Below, piece by piece: positions 1 to 10,006 of a DNA stretch of 64,000 bases. The DNA comes from a virus (lineage: Duplodnaviria; Caudoviricetes). The notes under the pieces are model-generated. The model searched no databases, had not been told where the DNA came from, and saw only the letters and a program-made list of their open reading frames with translations. Every line of letters starts with the position of its first letter. Within the stretch, counting starts at the first letter, position 1. The stretch lies in the IMG/VR virus record IMGVR_UViG_3300025000_000055. One strand, 5' to 3'. The translations under genes and the position numbers were made by a program.

Positions 1-965
1 ATATCCTCTATATATTCGATACCCTCATTACTAAATGCTATAGAATTAACATTATCTAAATAATAAAAAAATATAGAATCATAATTTTGAATAATTGTAT
101 TACTATATTTAATACTTGTAGGTAAATTCTTTTTATTTTTCTCTAAAAATCTATAAACCGATTTCTCATATTCTACTATAAAAGTTGGACTATCATCCTC
201 ATTAACTAAACAAATTGTATTATAATTATATTTTTCATTAAATAAAATATTGTTATTAATAAAATAATTTAAATACTTATCATAAAATTTACTACCAAGT
301 TCATTATTATACATAAAACAATTATATTTTTTATTAAAAAAAAATATTTTATATTTATCAGCTATATATCTATAGATTTCATTTAATTTAAGTATCTTAT
401 AGTAATCATCTTCTCGAATTAAACATTTTTCTTGTGTACCAATATTTCTTAATATACAATTATATATTTCATTTATCTGATTTTCTAAATCATTAATCAA
501 TTCACCATATGCGGCTTTTAATGTAAAAGAAATTTTATAATAATTATTACTTTTTATTGTATCATATTTAACATCTGTTACCATGAATAAATAGTTCTTA
601 TCTAGATATGATATAGTAAAGAAATCATTCGGTAAAGGTTTAAGTGTATTAGGTAAGATAATAAGTTCACTATCAAAATTAGTTGTTAAACCCTCTTCTT
701 CTTCACTTAATTCTAACATTATAGATTCTAAACCATATACAGGAAAATCATTTATCTTTTTAAACTTTAACGGAGAATTTTCTCCTAATAAATCTTCAAT
801 ATTTTCAAATCCACTATCTGTAATACTATTAATATTATCAATATTATAATATGTAACAAATGTTGGATTTTTATCTAAAAATCTAGAATATTGTGAATTC
901 ATTCTTTCTTCGTATTTAAAAATATTCTCATTAATAAAAGTTTTATCATCTATTAAATAACCCAA
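1..965 (-). CDS. Probable virion structural protein, C-terminus runs off the window
   Basis: Minus-strand frame translated by hand over its 5' part (MGYLIDDKTF...NPTFVTYYNI...KPLPNDFF) and assumed open to the window edge. TTG start follows GGAG, and a late-promoter motif lies at 993-1004. Not in the ORF track. Confidence 0.6.
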   Translation of the reverse strand, partial: MGYLIDDKTFINENIFKYEERMNSQYSRFLDKNPTFVTYYNIDNINSITDSGFENIEDLLGENSPLKFKKINDFPVYGLESIMLELSEEEEGLTTNFDSELIILPNTLKPLPNDFFTISYLDKNYLFMVTDVKYDTIKSNNYYKISFTLKAAYGELINDLENQINEIYNCILRNIGTQEKCLIREDDYYKILKLNEIYRYIADKYKIFFFNKKYNCFMYNNELGSKFYDKYLNYFINNNILFNEKYNYNTICLVNEDDSPTFIVEYEKSVYRFLEKNKKNLPTSIKYSNTIIQNYDSIFFYYLDNVNSIAFSNEGIEYIED

Positions 966-992
966 AATTAAATCATCTCCATTCATTCTAAT

Positions 993-1004
993 TATTATAA
1001 TGTT
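993..1004 (-). promoter_or_regulatory. AR9-like late promoter AACA-N6-TA
   Basis: AACA-TTATAA-TA on the minus strand, just upstream of the 965 start. Confidence 0.5.
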
Positions 1005-1027
1005 AAAATGTCTTGGAACATAGAAAA

Positions 1028-1064
1028 AAAATAAACCCATATAAAGATTTATGGGTTTATTTTT
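1028..1064. terminator. Intrinsic terminator, probably bidirectional
   Basis: AAAATAAACCCATA...TATGGGTTTATTTT hairpin with A and T flanks. Confidence 0.7.
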
Positions 1065-1069
1065 ATTTT

Positions 1070-1336
1070 TTACATATTCATAGCTTTTAGCCAACAATGG
1101 GCTGACACAAAGGCATCATCAACAGGGTGATGAACTCGCATATTTTTAAGACCAGAAAATTTAATTCTATTAGTATCTGGTTTAATACCTTTACTCATAA
1201 GAAGTGTTTCAACTTCATGTAAAGGATATGGTCCAAGGAATTTACGTGATCCTACCTCATCTTCAATGCATTTCCTAAAGAATCCTGATTCAACAGGACT
1301 ACCATAGTCTGAAATACAAATACCTGAGTCATAAAT
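1070..1336 (-). pseudogene. C-terminal fragment resembling a DEDDh 3'-5' exonuclease
   Basis: An open 88-codon frame with no canonical start ends in HHPVDDAFVSAHCWL, an ExoIII-like HxxxDDA motif. No ExoI motif is present. Confidence 0.35.
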
Positions 1337-1349
1337 AAATCACTCCAAA

Positions 1350-1634
1350 TTATTTTTTATAGGATTTTTGAATTCTTATTTTAAATGTTTCAAGCTGATT
1401 TTCAATATTCCTTTTCCTGCACTCTAACAACTTAACTTCGTCCATAGGGTCCCTCAGTATCCAATTAGGTGGACCCCAAATAAATCTTTCTTCTATATGA
1501 CACTTTCTTAATTCATCAGGAGTGAACCATGAACCCTCACGTTCCAAATAAAACCATAACCTTTTTTCATCAGCCTCTTTAAACATAGGCTCTAATGATT
1601 CTAAAATAGCATTAGTATTTGTTGAATTAAACAT
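1350..1634 (-). CDS. Hypothetical phage protein, paralog of 1681-1914
   Basis: ORF track; AGGGG RBS; early promoter motif at 1670-1682. Confidence 0.7.
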   Translation of the reverse strand: MFNSTNTNAILESLEPMFKEADEKRLWFYLEREGSWFTPDELRKCHIEERFIWGPPNWILRDPMDEVKLLECRKRNIENQLETFKIRIQKSYKK

Positions 1635-1669
1635 TTTATCACCCCTAAAATTTATTATCCATTACTTTA

Positions 1670-1682
1670 ATAATATATATTT
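1670..1682 (-). promoter_or_regulatory. Early promoter motif AAATATATATTAT
   Basis: Exact copy of the recurring intergenic 13-mer. Confidence 0.55.
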
Positions 1683-1914
1683 AATTTTTTACATAATTTT
1701 CAATTTCATTTATCTTTAATTGTATTATTTCTTTTTTTTCATATAAAGAGTTAAGAATATCGTTATGACCACGTAACTCCCATTTTGTTTTACACATAAT
1801 ATATTCAATATTGTTATAATAATCTATTATTCCATTGGGTGTGAACCAAATTTTAAAAAATTCATCATAAAGTAATAACTTTTCATTCCTAGCTTTATTA
1901 ATTAAAGATTCCAA
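1681..1914 (-). CDS. Hypothetical phage protein, paralog of 1350-1634
   Basis: Shares the ESL..A..EK....WFTP....W.LR pattern with its neighbour. Confidence 0.6.
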   Translation of the reverse strand: MESLINKARNEKLLLYDEFFKIWFTPNGIIDYYNNIEYIMCKTKWELRGHNDILNSLYEKKEIIQLKINEIENYVKN

Positions 1915-1931
1915 TGTTTTAAGATAATTAA

Positions 1932-2303
1932 TTATTTCATTTTTACTAGAAATAGAAAAAGTTCCATTCCTAGATAAATATTTGTATAATCAAACACCCC
2001 CTCATTAACTAGTTTATTCAAATAATTCAACTGAATAAGTTCTATATCTAAAGGTTTAAAATTTAAAAAATTAACATCTACGCTACCGTATTTATAAATA
2101 CGGTAGTTATATTCCATTTTACAAGCAGCTCTATAAATTCTAATTAGTTTAGTTATATCAATATTCTTTTGACATAATTCAAAATACCAGTCCATTAATA
2201 ATATTGCCTTATCATTATAAAAAGAATTAAAAAGCATGTATAAAAGACCCCCCATTATTTTTTTATAGATTATATTTCTTAATTTTATTCCAAATAAATA
2301 CAA
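1932..2303 (-). CDS. Hypothetical protein
   Basis: ORF in a co-oriented cluster; the true start is probably the internal Met after the GGGGG RBS. Confidence 0.5.
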   Translation of the reverse strand: MYLFGIKLRNIIYKKIMGGLLYMLFNSFYNDKAILLMDWYFELCQKNIDITKLIRIYRAACKMEYNYRIYKYGSVDVNFLNFKPLDIELIQLNYLNKLVNEGVFDYTNIYLGMELFLFLVKMK

Positions 2304-2478
2304 AATGTTCTAAAGCGAATTTATCAGCATATAATTCACTAACATCGAAATTATGTGCTATACGTATAGGTTCATATTTATCAAGTTCTGATAATTTAAA
2401 CATAATACATACAGTATTCTTAATTATATTATCAAAATAAAAACTAGTTAATATCTTGATTATATTTATATAATTCAT
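2263..2478 (-). CDS. Hypothetical protein
   Basis: ORF overlapping both neighbours in the co-oriented cluster. Confidence 0.4.
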   Translation of the reverse strand: MNYINIIKILTSFYFDNIIKNTVCIMFKLSELDKYEPIRIAHNFDVSELYADKFALEHFVFIWNKIKKYNL

Positions 2479-2839
2479 TTAATTGAGCAATATGCCTATA
2501 TTCATGTAATAGCAACATGAGAAAATTCGTTTCTGAATTTAATTCTAATCCAGCAGTATATTTTAAAAAATTACCAAATCTTTCATTAGTTGATTTATAG
2601 AATTCAGGATATTCTTTATAAAAGCTTTCACATTCTTCATGTCTAATATTTATTTCAGCAATAAATCTTTTTTTGTTTTTGTCTGAATAATTTTCGTTTA
2701 ATTCAACAAAAGCAAATTGGTCTAAAAGGTCTTCTGGTACGGAATTATATTCAGATTTAATTAATTGAATCTTAACTCTACCGTATTTGAATTTAAATTC
2801 TTTTTTACAAACTTGAATACAATTTTTATAGAACGACAT
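2444..2839 (-). CDS. Hypothetical protein with HEXXH metallopeptidase-like motif
   Basis: LLLHEYRHIAQ near the C-terminus. Confidence 0.55.
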   Translation of the reverse strand: MSFYKNCIQVCKKEFKFKYGRVKIQLIKSEYNSVPEDLLDQFAFVELNENYSDKNKKRFIAEINIRHEECESFYKEYPEFYKSTNERFGNFLKYTAGLELNSETNFLMLLLHEYRHIAQLNELYKYNQDIN

Positions 2840-2842
2840 ATA

Positions 2843-3073
2843 CTATTCAACCACCTTTGTAGTATCTTTTAGTATAAAAAATAGCACCCGTCCTGTGGAA
2901 TATTCAGCATAATATATTTCATTTACTTGTTCTGTAGAGTTGTTATTAATTGTATATTTAACACCATGATTACTACAACTTAGTATATTTACAGATATAT
3001 ACTCATCTTTTTTACTAAAATTTTCATTATAAAATATTTCTTTACGACACAATACGGCTTCAACTAAATCCAT
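2843..3073 (-). CDS. Hypothetical protein
   Basis: ORF track; tightly packed between neighbours. Confidence 0.5.
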   Translation of the reverse strand: MDLVEAVLCRKEIFYNENFSKKDEYISVNILSCSNHGVKYTINNNSTEQVNEIYYAEYSTGRVLFFILKDTTKVVE

Positions 3074-3113
3074 AAATCCAATTAATGGAATATATTTTTT
3101 TGTTGTATTTATC

Positions 3114-4166
3114 TTAAACTCCCCCTTTTATATACTTTAAAACATCCTTAGTCCTTTTAATCAAATTAATTTCATTCTTTTTAACACCATAATCCTTTCC
3201 CAAACTATTATAATATAGCTTTATCTTATTAACAAAAGGATTTAATTCTTCAAATAGATTTTTATAAAACCATGGTTTTTTATCTTTATCTGAAAATATA
3301 TTAATATCAACATTCCCTATTATACCCGATTGAATATAGAATTTTAATACATTAGTAAATCCACACCCGCATACTGCTGTATAAATTGTATTTTCTTTTT
3401 CTTTATCAAATATATTATAGTACAGACCTAAAATATCAAATACCCCTTCCGCTATATTGATAGTAATAGTTTTAGGTAATAATAAATCAATACTATTAGG
3501 AATTGAATAAAATTTTCTAGTATTATCTAAATTTTTATATATACTATACTTAAAATATCTTTTATACTTTCCACTTATATCTCTAAATACAATATGTTCG
3601 TTTTTAGCTGATAAAAATCCTACATAATTATTATGTAGAATACTAGCTTGTTCCTTATTAGTTGTTAAAGTTTTTATATTATTATGTCTAAGAAACTCTC
3701 CAAAATTAAATACTACTTTTAATTCAATTAATTCTTCTTCAGTTATATTAATACCAAGTCTATTTTCAATATAGTATTTCTTTTCTTTTATTAATTCTTT
3801 TAGTAATGACATTGGTATTTTAAAATCAAAGATATTATTTTTTATACCCAATTTTTTATTAATTTTTCCTATGGTTTCTTTATTATAAGATAATAACTTA
3901 CTATTAATTTGTAAATCATTAATTCTAAATGTTCTTAGTATGGATGGAGTCATAACTCCTGATATATCACATAAAAAACAATGAAAAATAATTGGTGTAT
4001 TTAATTTCAATTCAATTTTTATAAAGAAGTGAGCACTTGTGCTATTCTTTACACTATCACCACAAAAAGGACAACGAATCACTATCTGTGATTCGTTGAC
4101 ACTTTTAGATGAATGCACACTAAGTAATTTATTTCTTATTCTTAGTTTAAAAGAATAGTTATCCAT
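3114..4166 (-). CDS. DNA primase (Zn finger + TOPRIM)
   Basis: CPFCGD...CFLC zinc-binding domain, IAEGVFDIL TOPRIM motif and FSDKD acidic motif. Confidence 0.8.
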   Translation of the reverse strand: MDNYSFKLRIRNKLLSVHSSKSVNESQIVIRCPFCGDSVKNSTSAHFFIKIELKLNTPIIFHCFLCDISGVMTPSILRTFRINDLQINSKLLSYNKETIGKINKKLGIKNNIFDFKIPMSLLKELIKEKKYYIENRLGINITEEELIELKVVFNFGEFLRHNNIKTLTTNKEQASILHNNYVGFLSAKNEHIVFRDISGKYKRYFKYSIYKNLDNTRKFYSIPNSIDLLLPKTITINIAEGVFDILGLYYNIFDKEKENTIYTAVCGCGFTNVLKFYIQSGIIGNVDINIFSDKDKKPWFYKNLFEELNPFVNKIKLYYNSLGKDYGVKKNEINLIKRTKDVLKYIKGGV

Positions 4167-4180
4167 AATATCAAAACCTC

Positions 4181-5728
4181 TTATAATTGATTTAAGAAAC
4201 TTAAGAATTCATCAGATACAATATCTTGATTGATTTCAAGTTTTTCTCCAAGTTTATCAAGATGATCATAATCGACAATTGTAAATGTTGAATTTAAAAT
4301 AGTTGATAATAAATTTAGAATTAAATTTGATCTCTTAACTTCTTGAAGTGTGGAATATTTATCTTGTATTAATGATTGGTATAATGGGGTTTCTTCTAAT
4401 TTATTTAAAAATTTTGTGTTTTGAATAGTACGAGTATTTAGTCGTCCCTCAATATTTCCACTTATAATCTGAGGAAGATACAAACCACCCTGAATTTGTA
4501 ACCTTCTTTTTAATAATATAACAAGAGTTATATATTGCTTTCTTGTTAATAAATTTAAATCTCTGTAACCACCAAAATGTTTGGCATAAAAATAATGAAC
4601 TAATTGTACTTGAAACTTATTTACTTTATGAAATTTTTTATAAAAAGTAATTTCATCTTTAGTTACATCAACACCAATATTTTTCTTGATGTTTTTAATT
4701 GTACGTTTAATATTTACCTCAGATAATATTATCAATGATTCATCTATTTTATTAGAATTCATTTCAAACTTATCTAAACCACTTAATCCATCCTCACCAC
4801 TTTTATCTGCACTTAATTCAACTAAATTAACCTTATAATTTTTTTTAATAACAAAATATAATTGTTTTTCTAGTATAAAAGAATTGAAATTAACAATATT
4901 TTTATTAAAGACATATTTAAACATAGTTTCGGTTATAATATTCTTCTTCAATAAACTATTGAGATATATTAATGGATCAACACCAAATATTTCTTGTTGT
5001 TCCCACATTGGTTTATTACTAGATAAATTTTTGTTTATTTTAGCGGATACAGTTACCATTAGCTTATTATAAATATTAATACCTTTACCATATAAATCAA
5101 ATAAACCTTTATAAAAGTTATAAATATAGTCAACTTCTTTCTTAACATTATTTACATTAATATATTGAAATACTACTGGAATCATTATCTTAATAGACAT
5201 TGAAATCATCATCATTATTTTAGCATGTTCATTCGTTATCTCTAATGATTCACTATATTTCTTCTTATCACTACTTGTTAAATCTATATAGTAATTATCT
5301 TCAACCATTTTAGTAATTTTTTCTTTCATTGTTTCTGTGAATAATACACCATATAAAAACTTAATAAAGGTTTTAGGTTTCTTAATAGGGCTACTTTTAT
5401 TATCAATGAAATACTTAAGTTTAAAATATGACATTAATAATTCATTATTAATGTCATAAAATTTAATAAAATAATTCAGATAATGAATTATACCTTTTTC
5501 ATTTATAATTATACCATTTTCATTTTTTTTATTGGTATTATTAAGTTGATTCACATATGACTCTTTTTTAATAATAAAAACATTTAATGTACTTGTACTT
5601 TCCTTTTTAAAAATTTTATCAAATGGGATTATTATTAATTTCCCATCACATTTAATAATTTTATCTTCTTCTTCGGGCTCCCATTCATCCACTCTTATGA
5701 AATTTGTATCGGTAACACAATCCACCAT
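4181..5728 (-). CDS. Non-virion RNA polymerase promoter-specificity (sigma-like) subunit, AR9 gp226 / phiKZ gp68 family
   Basis: Collinear similarity to AR9 gp226 as recalled, for example IIIPFDKIF..NVFIIKKESY, MVEDNYYIDL, LSGLDKFEMN and QVQLVHYFYAKHF. It lies two genes from the chaperonin, as in AR9. Confidence 0.8.
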   Translation of the reverse strand: MVDCVTDTNFIRVDEWEPEEEDKIIKCDGKLIIIPFDKIFKKESTSTLNVFIIKKESYVNQLNNTNKKNENGIIINEKGIIHYLNYFIKFYDINNELLMSYFKLKYFIDNKSSPIKKPKTFIKFLYGVLFTETMKEKITKMVEDNYYIDLTSSDKKKYSESLEITNEHAKIMMMISMSIKIMIPVVFQYINVNNVKKEVDYIYNFYKGLFDLYGKGINIYNKLMVTVSAKINKNLSSNKPMWEQQEIFGVDPLIYLNSLLKKNIITETMFKYVFNKNIVNFNSFILEKQLYFVIKKNYKVNLVELSADKSGEDGLSGLDKFEMNSNKIDESLIILSEVNIKRTIKNIKKNIGVDVTKDEITFYKKFHKVNKFQVQLVHYFYAKHFGGYRDLNLLTRKQYITLVILLKRRLQIQGGLYLPQIISGNIEGRLNTRTIQNTKFLNKLEETPLYQSLIQDKYSTLQEVKRSNLILNLLSTILNSTFTIVDYDHLDKLGEKLEINQDIVSDEFLSFLNQL

Positions 5729-5795
5729 TATTAATATCCCACCCCCTATGACAATCTACTCCACCATGGTATGTAAAATTTTTATCTATATAGTT

Positions 5796-5808
5796 ATAAT
5801 ATATACTT
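5796..5808 (-). promoter_or_regulatory. Early promoter motif (AAGTATATATTAT variant)
   Basis: One-mismatch copy upstream of the gp226-like gene. Confidence 0.5.
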
Positions 5809-5839
5809 CATTTTATTTCTAACTTAGTTGGATGAGATA

Positions 5840-6616
5840 CTATATTTTCGGTTTTTGAATATTTGACTTTTTAGCTTTAATTTTAGATTTAGGTTGTACT
5901 TTATTAATAATAGATTTTTTTACACCTGAAATTTTTTCAACTACTTTATTCTTAATTCTACTTTCATTTTTCTTCTTTTCTAATATATTCTTCTTACGTC
6001 TAATTTCATTATTAGAATTTTTGATATCAATTTTTATTTGTTCCATACTTCTAACAGATTTAAAAAAATCAGTTTTATTTATTTTCTTAGAATGAGAATT
6101 AAGAAATGATTTTGATAAATATTTACTTCTATTTAATAATATATGAAAACCAATAAAATATATTGATTTTTCGAAACTTATAATCTCTCCCGGATTTCTA
6201 ACTATAGGATTCCCTTCAATAATTTCATCACTGAATTTCTTATTAAGAAAATCTATTAATAAACCATATTGATTAAAAGCATATGCATAGGTAAAAGTAA
6301 AATTAGGAGAATTTGAAAAGAATTTAACATAGTAATGTTCTAAAGTAACATCTCTACTAAAATCTTCTTCATCCATAGTAAATAATATAACAACATCATA
6401 TGTATTATCTCTTTCTGTTTCACTTGGTAAAATAAAGTGAAGAATATAGTCATCACCATCTCTATAAATATTAGGTTCAGATATTTTCTTCTTTTTTATT
6501 AAAGTATAGTAACGTTTATTAAGATCATCTCTAATAAGTTGTCTATTTGTAATTGCTGTACTACCTTTACCCATAGGATTATCAATAAAATCTTTTAATG
6601 TTTGAAGTATAAACAA
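5840..6616 (-). CDS. Conserved-looking hypothetical protein with a basic C-terminal tail
   Basis: 258-aa ORF with TTG start after an AAGGGGG RBS. Confidence 0.7.
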   Translation of the reverse strand: MFILQTLKDFIDNPMGKGSTAITNRQLIRDDLNKRYYTLIKKKKISEPNIYRDGDDYILHFILPSETERDNTYDVVILFTMDEEDFSRDVTLEHYYVKFFSNSPNFTFTYAYAFNQYGLLIDFLNKKFSDEIIEGNPIVRNPGEIISFEKSIYFIGFHILLNRSKYLSKSFLNSHSKKINKTDFFKSVRSMEQIKIDIKNSNNEIRRKKNILEKKKNESRIKNKVVEKISGVKKSIINKVQPKSKIKAKKSNIQKPKI

Positions 6617-6661
6617 AGGCGATACCCCCTTATTAGTAATAATTTCTAAAAATCATATCTA

Positions 6662-6688
6662 GGAATGGTTGTTAATAACAACCATTCC
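6662..6688. terminator. Intergenic hairpin / terminator
   Basis: GGAATGGTTGTT-AAT-AACAACCATTCC perfect stem. Confidence 0.6.
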
Positions 6689-6704
6689 ATAATAATTATA
6701 AATT

Positions 6705-8396
6705 TTATTGTTGTTCTCTGTTATTTATCATAATAGAAATATATTGATTACTAGATAATAATAAAGATATTATTGATGTTACAGCTTTTAATATTTCAAT
6801 ATCTGTTTGACAAGAATTAATAATGTCTTTAGAAAAATCATCATAAACTAAATTCCAACATTCTTTTCTTTTAATACATTCTTCAATTAATAAATCAATT
6901 GAAGGATTAGTTCCTTTAGATTTATTATCTAATACTTTAGAAAACACTTCAATGAAAGTTTTTCTTAATAATTTAAAGAATTTCTTCTCGACATCATTAA
7001 ATTTAATTCCATCATTTAACAATTCATCTATAACAATTGGAATAATTAAATTTCCACCAATATTATATCCATATTTAAATGCTGATTCACAGGCTTTAAC
7101 AGCATCCTCAACTAAGTCATAATTAGTGGTTTTCACTAAAGACGAATTACCACCAATATTTATTATACCCATTTTACAAGTCAATTTGGATACTCTCTGT
7201 TTTAAATCATAAATTTGAGTATTAACAATGTTTAAATTCTGATTTGTTTCTTCAACCTCTTTAAATTTAGCAACAGCATCATTCATATATACATCATAAG
7301 TATTTTGTTTAATAGAGTTAAAACCTTTAATAATAGTTGTCTTACTTCCAATTAAAATTTTATCAACTTGGCCGATATAATAGTTAATATACCCGTCATC
7401 TTCTTTTTCCAAATCATACATAGTATTTTCACTAACAAGCATTGCACCAGTTAACATACAGAAATCATTATAGAATAAGTTTTGTAGATTATTAAATAAT
7501 GAAACTCTTGTATAAACAGTTTTACTTGTTCCAGTTGATCTAAATTCTATATTTGATGTTTGTTTTATATAATTTAATAATAAACTATCATAATGGGGGG
7601 CTACAACAACAACACGTCTATTAGTTGAAATACCTAATTGAATTACTTTAGATATAACTTTATCAAAATGAATTTTTTCAATTTTATGATCAAACATGAT
7701 GATTAAAGGATTTTCAATCTCACATATACCATTATCATTTTCTGCATATATACTGTCAAGATAAGTGATATTAGCCTTATACCCCTCAATTATTTCACAT
7801 GATGTGATATCGGTTTTTGAAGGAGAAAATTCAATACTCGGATTATCAGTTTCTTTATATATTTTATGAATCATATCAGATAGGATGTTATCCCCATTAG
7901 TTGAAATCATTGCCAATTGATAAATCTCTTGATAATTATTTTCTTTAGTTATTTTGATAGAATTTTGTAATATTTTATCAGTAATCATTCTAACACAAAT
8001 TGATAAAATATCAGTAAAATCCCTCGGTCTTATCTTTTTTAATTCTTCGTCAGAATCTAAAAGTTTTAGTAGTGAGTTTGCTGCAACTAATGAAGAAGAA
8101 CTACCATCTCCAACTTTAATTACAACCTGTGCCGCTATATTAATTAATAATTGCTTGATATTATTATCAATACTATTATTGGAATTGATATTTTTTAATA
8201 TCTGCCAACCATCTTTGGTAATATGCATTTCTCCAAATTTTTCAATAATAGTATTTGAACCATACGGGCCTAGACTTTTTTGTATAGCAGAAGAAACCTT
8301 CTCAAAAATCATACGAATTCGTTGTTTAAATTCATCTTCCCCAATAATATTCCAGTCATTTTTGTTTTCAAAAGTAAGCATTTTTTTTACCTCCAA
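6705..8396 (-). CDS. GroEL-like phage chaperonin
   Basis: SLGPYGSNTII, ITKDGWQIL and KVGDGSSSS (GDGTTT-like) motifs; 563 aa. Confidence 0.92.
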   Translation of the reverse strand: MEVKKMLTFENKNDWNIIGEDEFKQRIRMIFEKVSSAIQKSLGPYGSNTIIEKFGEMHITKDGWQILKNINSNNSIDNNIKQLLINIAAQVVIKVGDGSSSSLVAANSLLKLLDSDEELKKIRPRDFTDILSICVRMITDKILQNSIKITKENNYQEIYQLAMISTNGDNILSDMIHKIYKETDNPSIEFSPSKTDITSCEIIEGYKANITYLDSIYAENDNGICEIENPLIIMFDHKIEKIHFDKVISKVIQLGISTNRRVVVVAPHYDSLLLNYIKQTSNIEFRSTGTSKTVYTRVSLFNNLQNLFYNDFCMLTGAMLVSENTMYDLEKEDDGYINYYIGQVDKILIGSKTTIIKGFNSIKQNTYDVYMNDAVAKFKEVEETNQNLNIVNTQIYDLKQRVSKLTCKMGIINIGGNSSLVKTTNYDLVEDAVKACESAFKYGYNIGGNLIIPIVIDELLNDGIKFNDVEKKFFKLLRKTFIEVFSKVLDNKSKGTNPSIDLLIEECIKRKECWNLVYDDFSKDIINSCQTDIEILKAVTSIISLLLSSNQYISIMINNREQQ

Positions 8397-8416
8397 TTAT
8401 TTTTTCTTTTAGTCTT

Positions 8417-8428
8417 TAGAAATATGTT
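8417..8428 (-). promoter_or_regulatory. AR9-like late promoter AACA-N6-TA
   Basis: AACA-TATTTC-TA directly upstream of the chaperonin. Confidence 0.55.
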
Positions 8429-8463
8429 ATTATCATAATTATTTTTTAATATTTAGGGTTACG

Positions 8464-9150
8464 TTATCTAAAATTATAAGGTGAGAATGTTGCAAATTTA
8501 AATATTCTTTCTACTAATAAATCTTCTACACTAAATCTTGGTACAAGTATATTTTCTTTATTTAAAGTAAAATTATAAGCATAATTAGCTACAATTATAT
8601 TAGTATATTCAGTTTTATTTAGTTCCATAATAATACCAATATCTATAATATTTCTAAGAATATATGTTGTAACACCTGATAATTTCTTAATAGCATTAAA
8701 TAAATTACCAGTAATATAGTTAACTTTAGTCATATCTTTAAATTGAGTTTGTATATCTATATGGACTCTCTTATCATACTTATCAGTATGGATATAAATT
8801 TTTTCAGTAAATTTTTGTTTTAACATTACTTGTATACTAGAACTTATTATAAGAGGAGTTGACATAATATACATATCACTGAATTTATAAAATATATCAT
8901 TCAATGCTTTATTATAATCAAATTCTTTTTTAGCTAAGTATTCAACTATATTAATAGTCCTACGTTGAATACAGAATTTAAGTAATTCAATCATATTTAA
9001 TTTATCTATTAAAGAAAAATTAATAAATTCATCATATACATTCCTATATGTAGTTCTCATCTGATGTAAAATAAAAGGATACGGGTTCTTAATAATTTCA
9101 TCATAACAAATAAAAAATATTTCAGGTCTTTTAACAAATTCAGTACTCAT
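8464..9150 (-). CDS. Hypothetical protein
   Basis: 228-aa ORF with an AGGA RBS. Confidence 0.7.
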   Translation of the reverse strand: MSTEFVKRPEIFFICYDEIIKNPYPFILHQMRTTYRNVYDEFINFSLIDKLNMIELLKFCIQRRTINIVEYLAKKEFDYNKALNDIFYKFSDMYIMSTPLIISSSIQVMLKQKFTEKIYIHTDKYDKRVHIDIQTQFKDMTKVNYITGNLFNAIKKLSGVTTYILRNIIDIGIIMELNKTEYTNIIVANYAYNFTLNKENILVPRFSVEDLLVERIFKFATFSPYNFR

Positions 9151-9181
9151 TTAAATCATCCTTTATTTTTAAATTATTAAA

Positions 9182-9210
9182 AGACTATAATGAAAAAATC
9201 ATTATAGTCT
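9182..9210. terminator. Intergenic hairpin / terminator
   Basis: AGACTATAATGA-AAAAA-TCATTATAGTCT. Confidence 0.6.
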
Positions 9211-9220
9211 TTTAATATTC

Positions 9221-10006
9221 TTACATAAATTCGTCGATACTGTTTATATTATCTATATTACTAATTTCGGTTGTTTCACTATTTGAAGGCGTATTGGTAT
9301 TACTACCATTAGAGAAAACATTATTTTGTCTTCCATAGGTACGACCTTCAATTCCATTTTTCTTTGCAATACCTTCAAGATATTTTATAGAAGCATCCCT
9401 ATATCCTTTATCAGCATATCTGACGGAATGTGCAACCCCATTTGATAAACAATCCCTACCACTTTTTAATAATTTCATAAAAGTAAGTAGCTCAGAATGA
9501 AGATTAGAAGTAATTTCAAATGTACCTTCTTCTTCATTATAATCATCAATCCTGTAAGACCTGTTAAATTCATAGCATATACTCATTTCAGGTTTTTTAG
9601 TTTCTTCATTTAGATTTTTATATATAGCAGCATAAGGTCTGTTACTACCAATAATTTTATTACCAGTTGCAATAACAAATAAAGAGTTTGCACCAACAGG
9701 AACTCCGATAGATTTAATTTTATTTTCTTTAAGAGCTGGAAGAAGTATTTCTACAAAATCATTAATAAGAATTGTTAGTTTTTCGACTGTGAGTGCTGTT
9801 GATACAGTTGTCTCATAATCAAATACTTTAGACTCAGTTTGTTTATTTTTATCTAAAGCTGGATTCATTTTAATAGAAACAAAATCATTCCAGAACCCAA
9901 ATGTTAAAGAAGATGGGTCAAATCCATCCTTATTTCTAAATTGAGTACCCTTAGTATTAACATTAACAACATTTTTTGAATTATTTTGTGAGTTATTAAT
10001 AAACAT
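9221..10006 (-). CDS. Hypothetical protein, possible ssDNA-binding protein
   Basis: Strong GGAGG RBS and replication context; low-complexity linker followed by an acidic-aromatic tail (NSIDEFM). The function is a guess. Confidence 0.4.
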   Translation of the reverse strand: MFINNSQNNSKNVVNVNTKGTQFRNKDGFDPSSLTFGFWNDFVSIKMNPALDKNKQTESKVFDYETTVSTALTVEKLTILINDFVEILLPALKENKIKSIGVPVGANSLFVIATGNKIIGSNRPYAAIYKNLNEETKKPEMSICYEFNRSYRIDDYNEEEGTFEITSNLHSELLTFMKLLKSGRDCLSNGVAHSVRYADKGYRDASIKYLEGIAKKNGIEGRTYGRQNNVFSNGSNTNTPSNSETTEISNIDNINSIDEFM

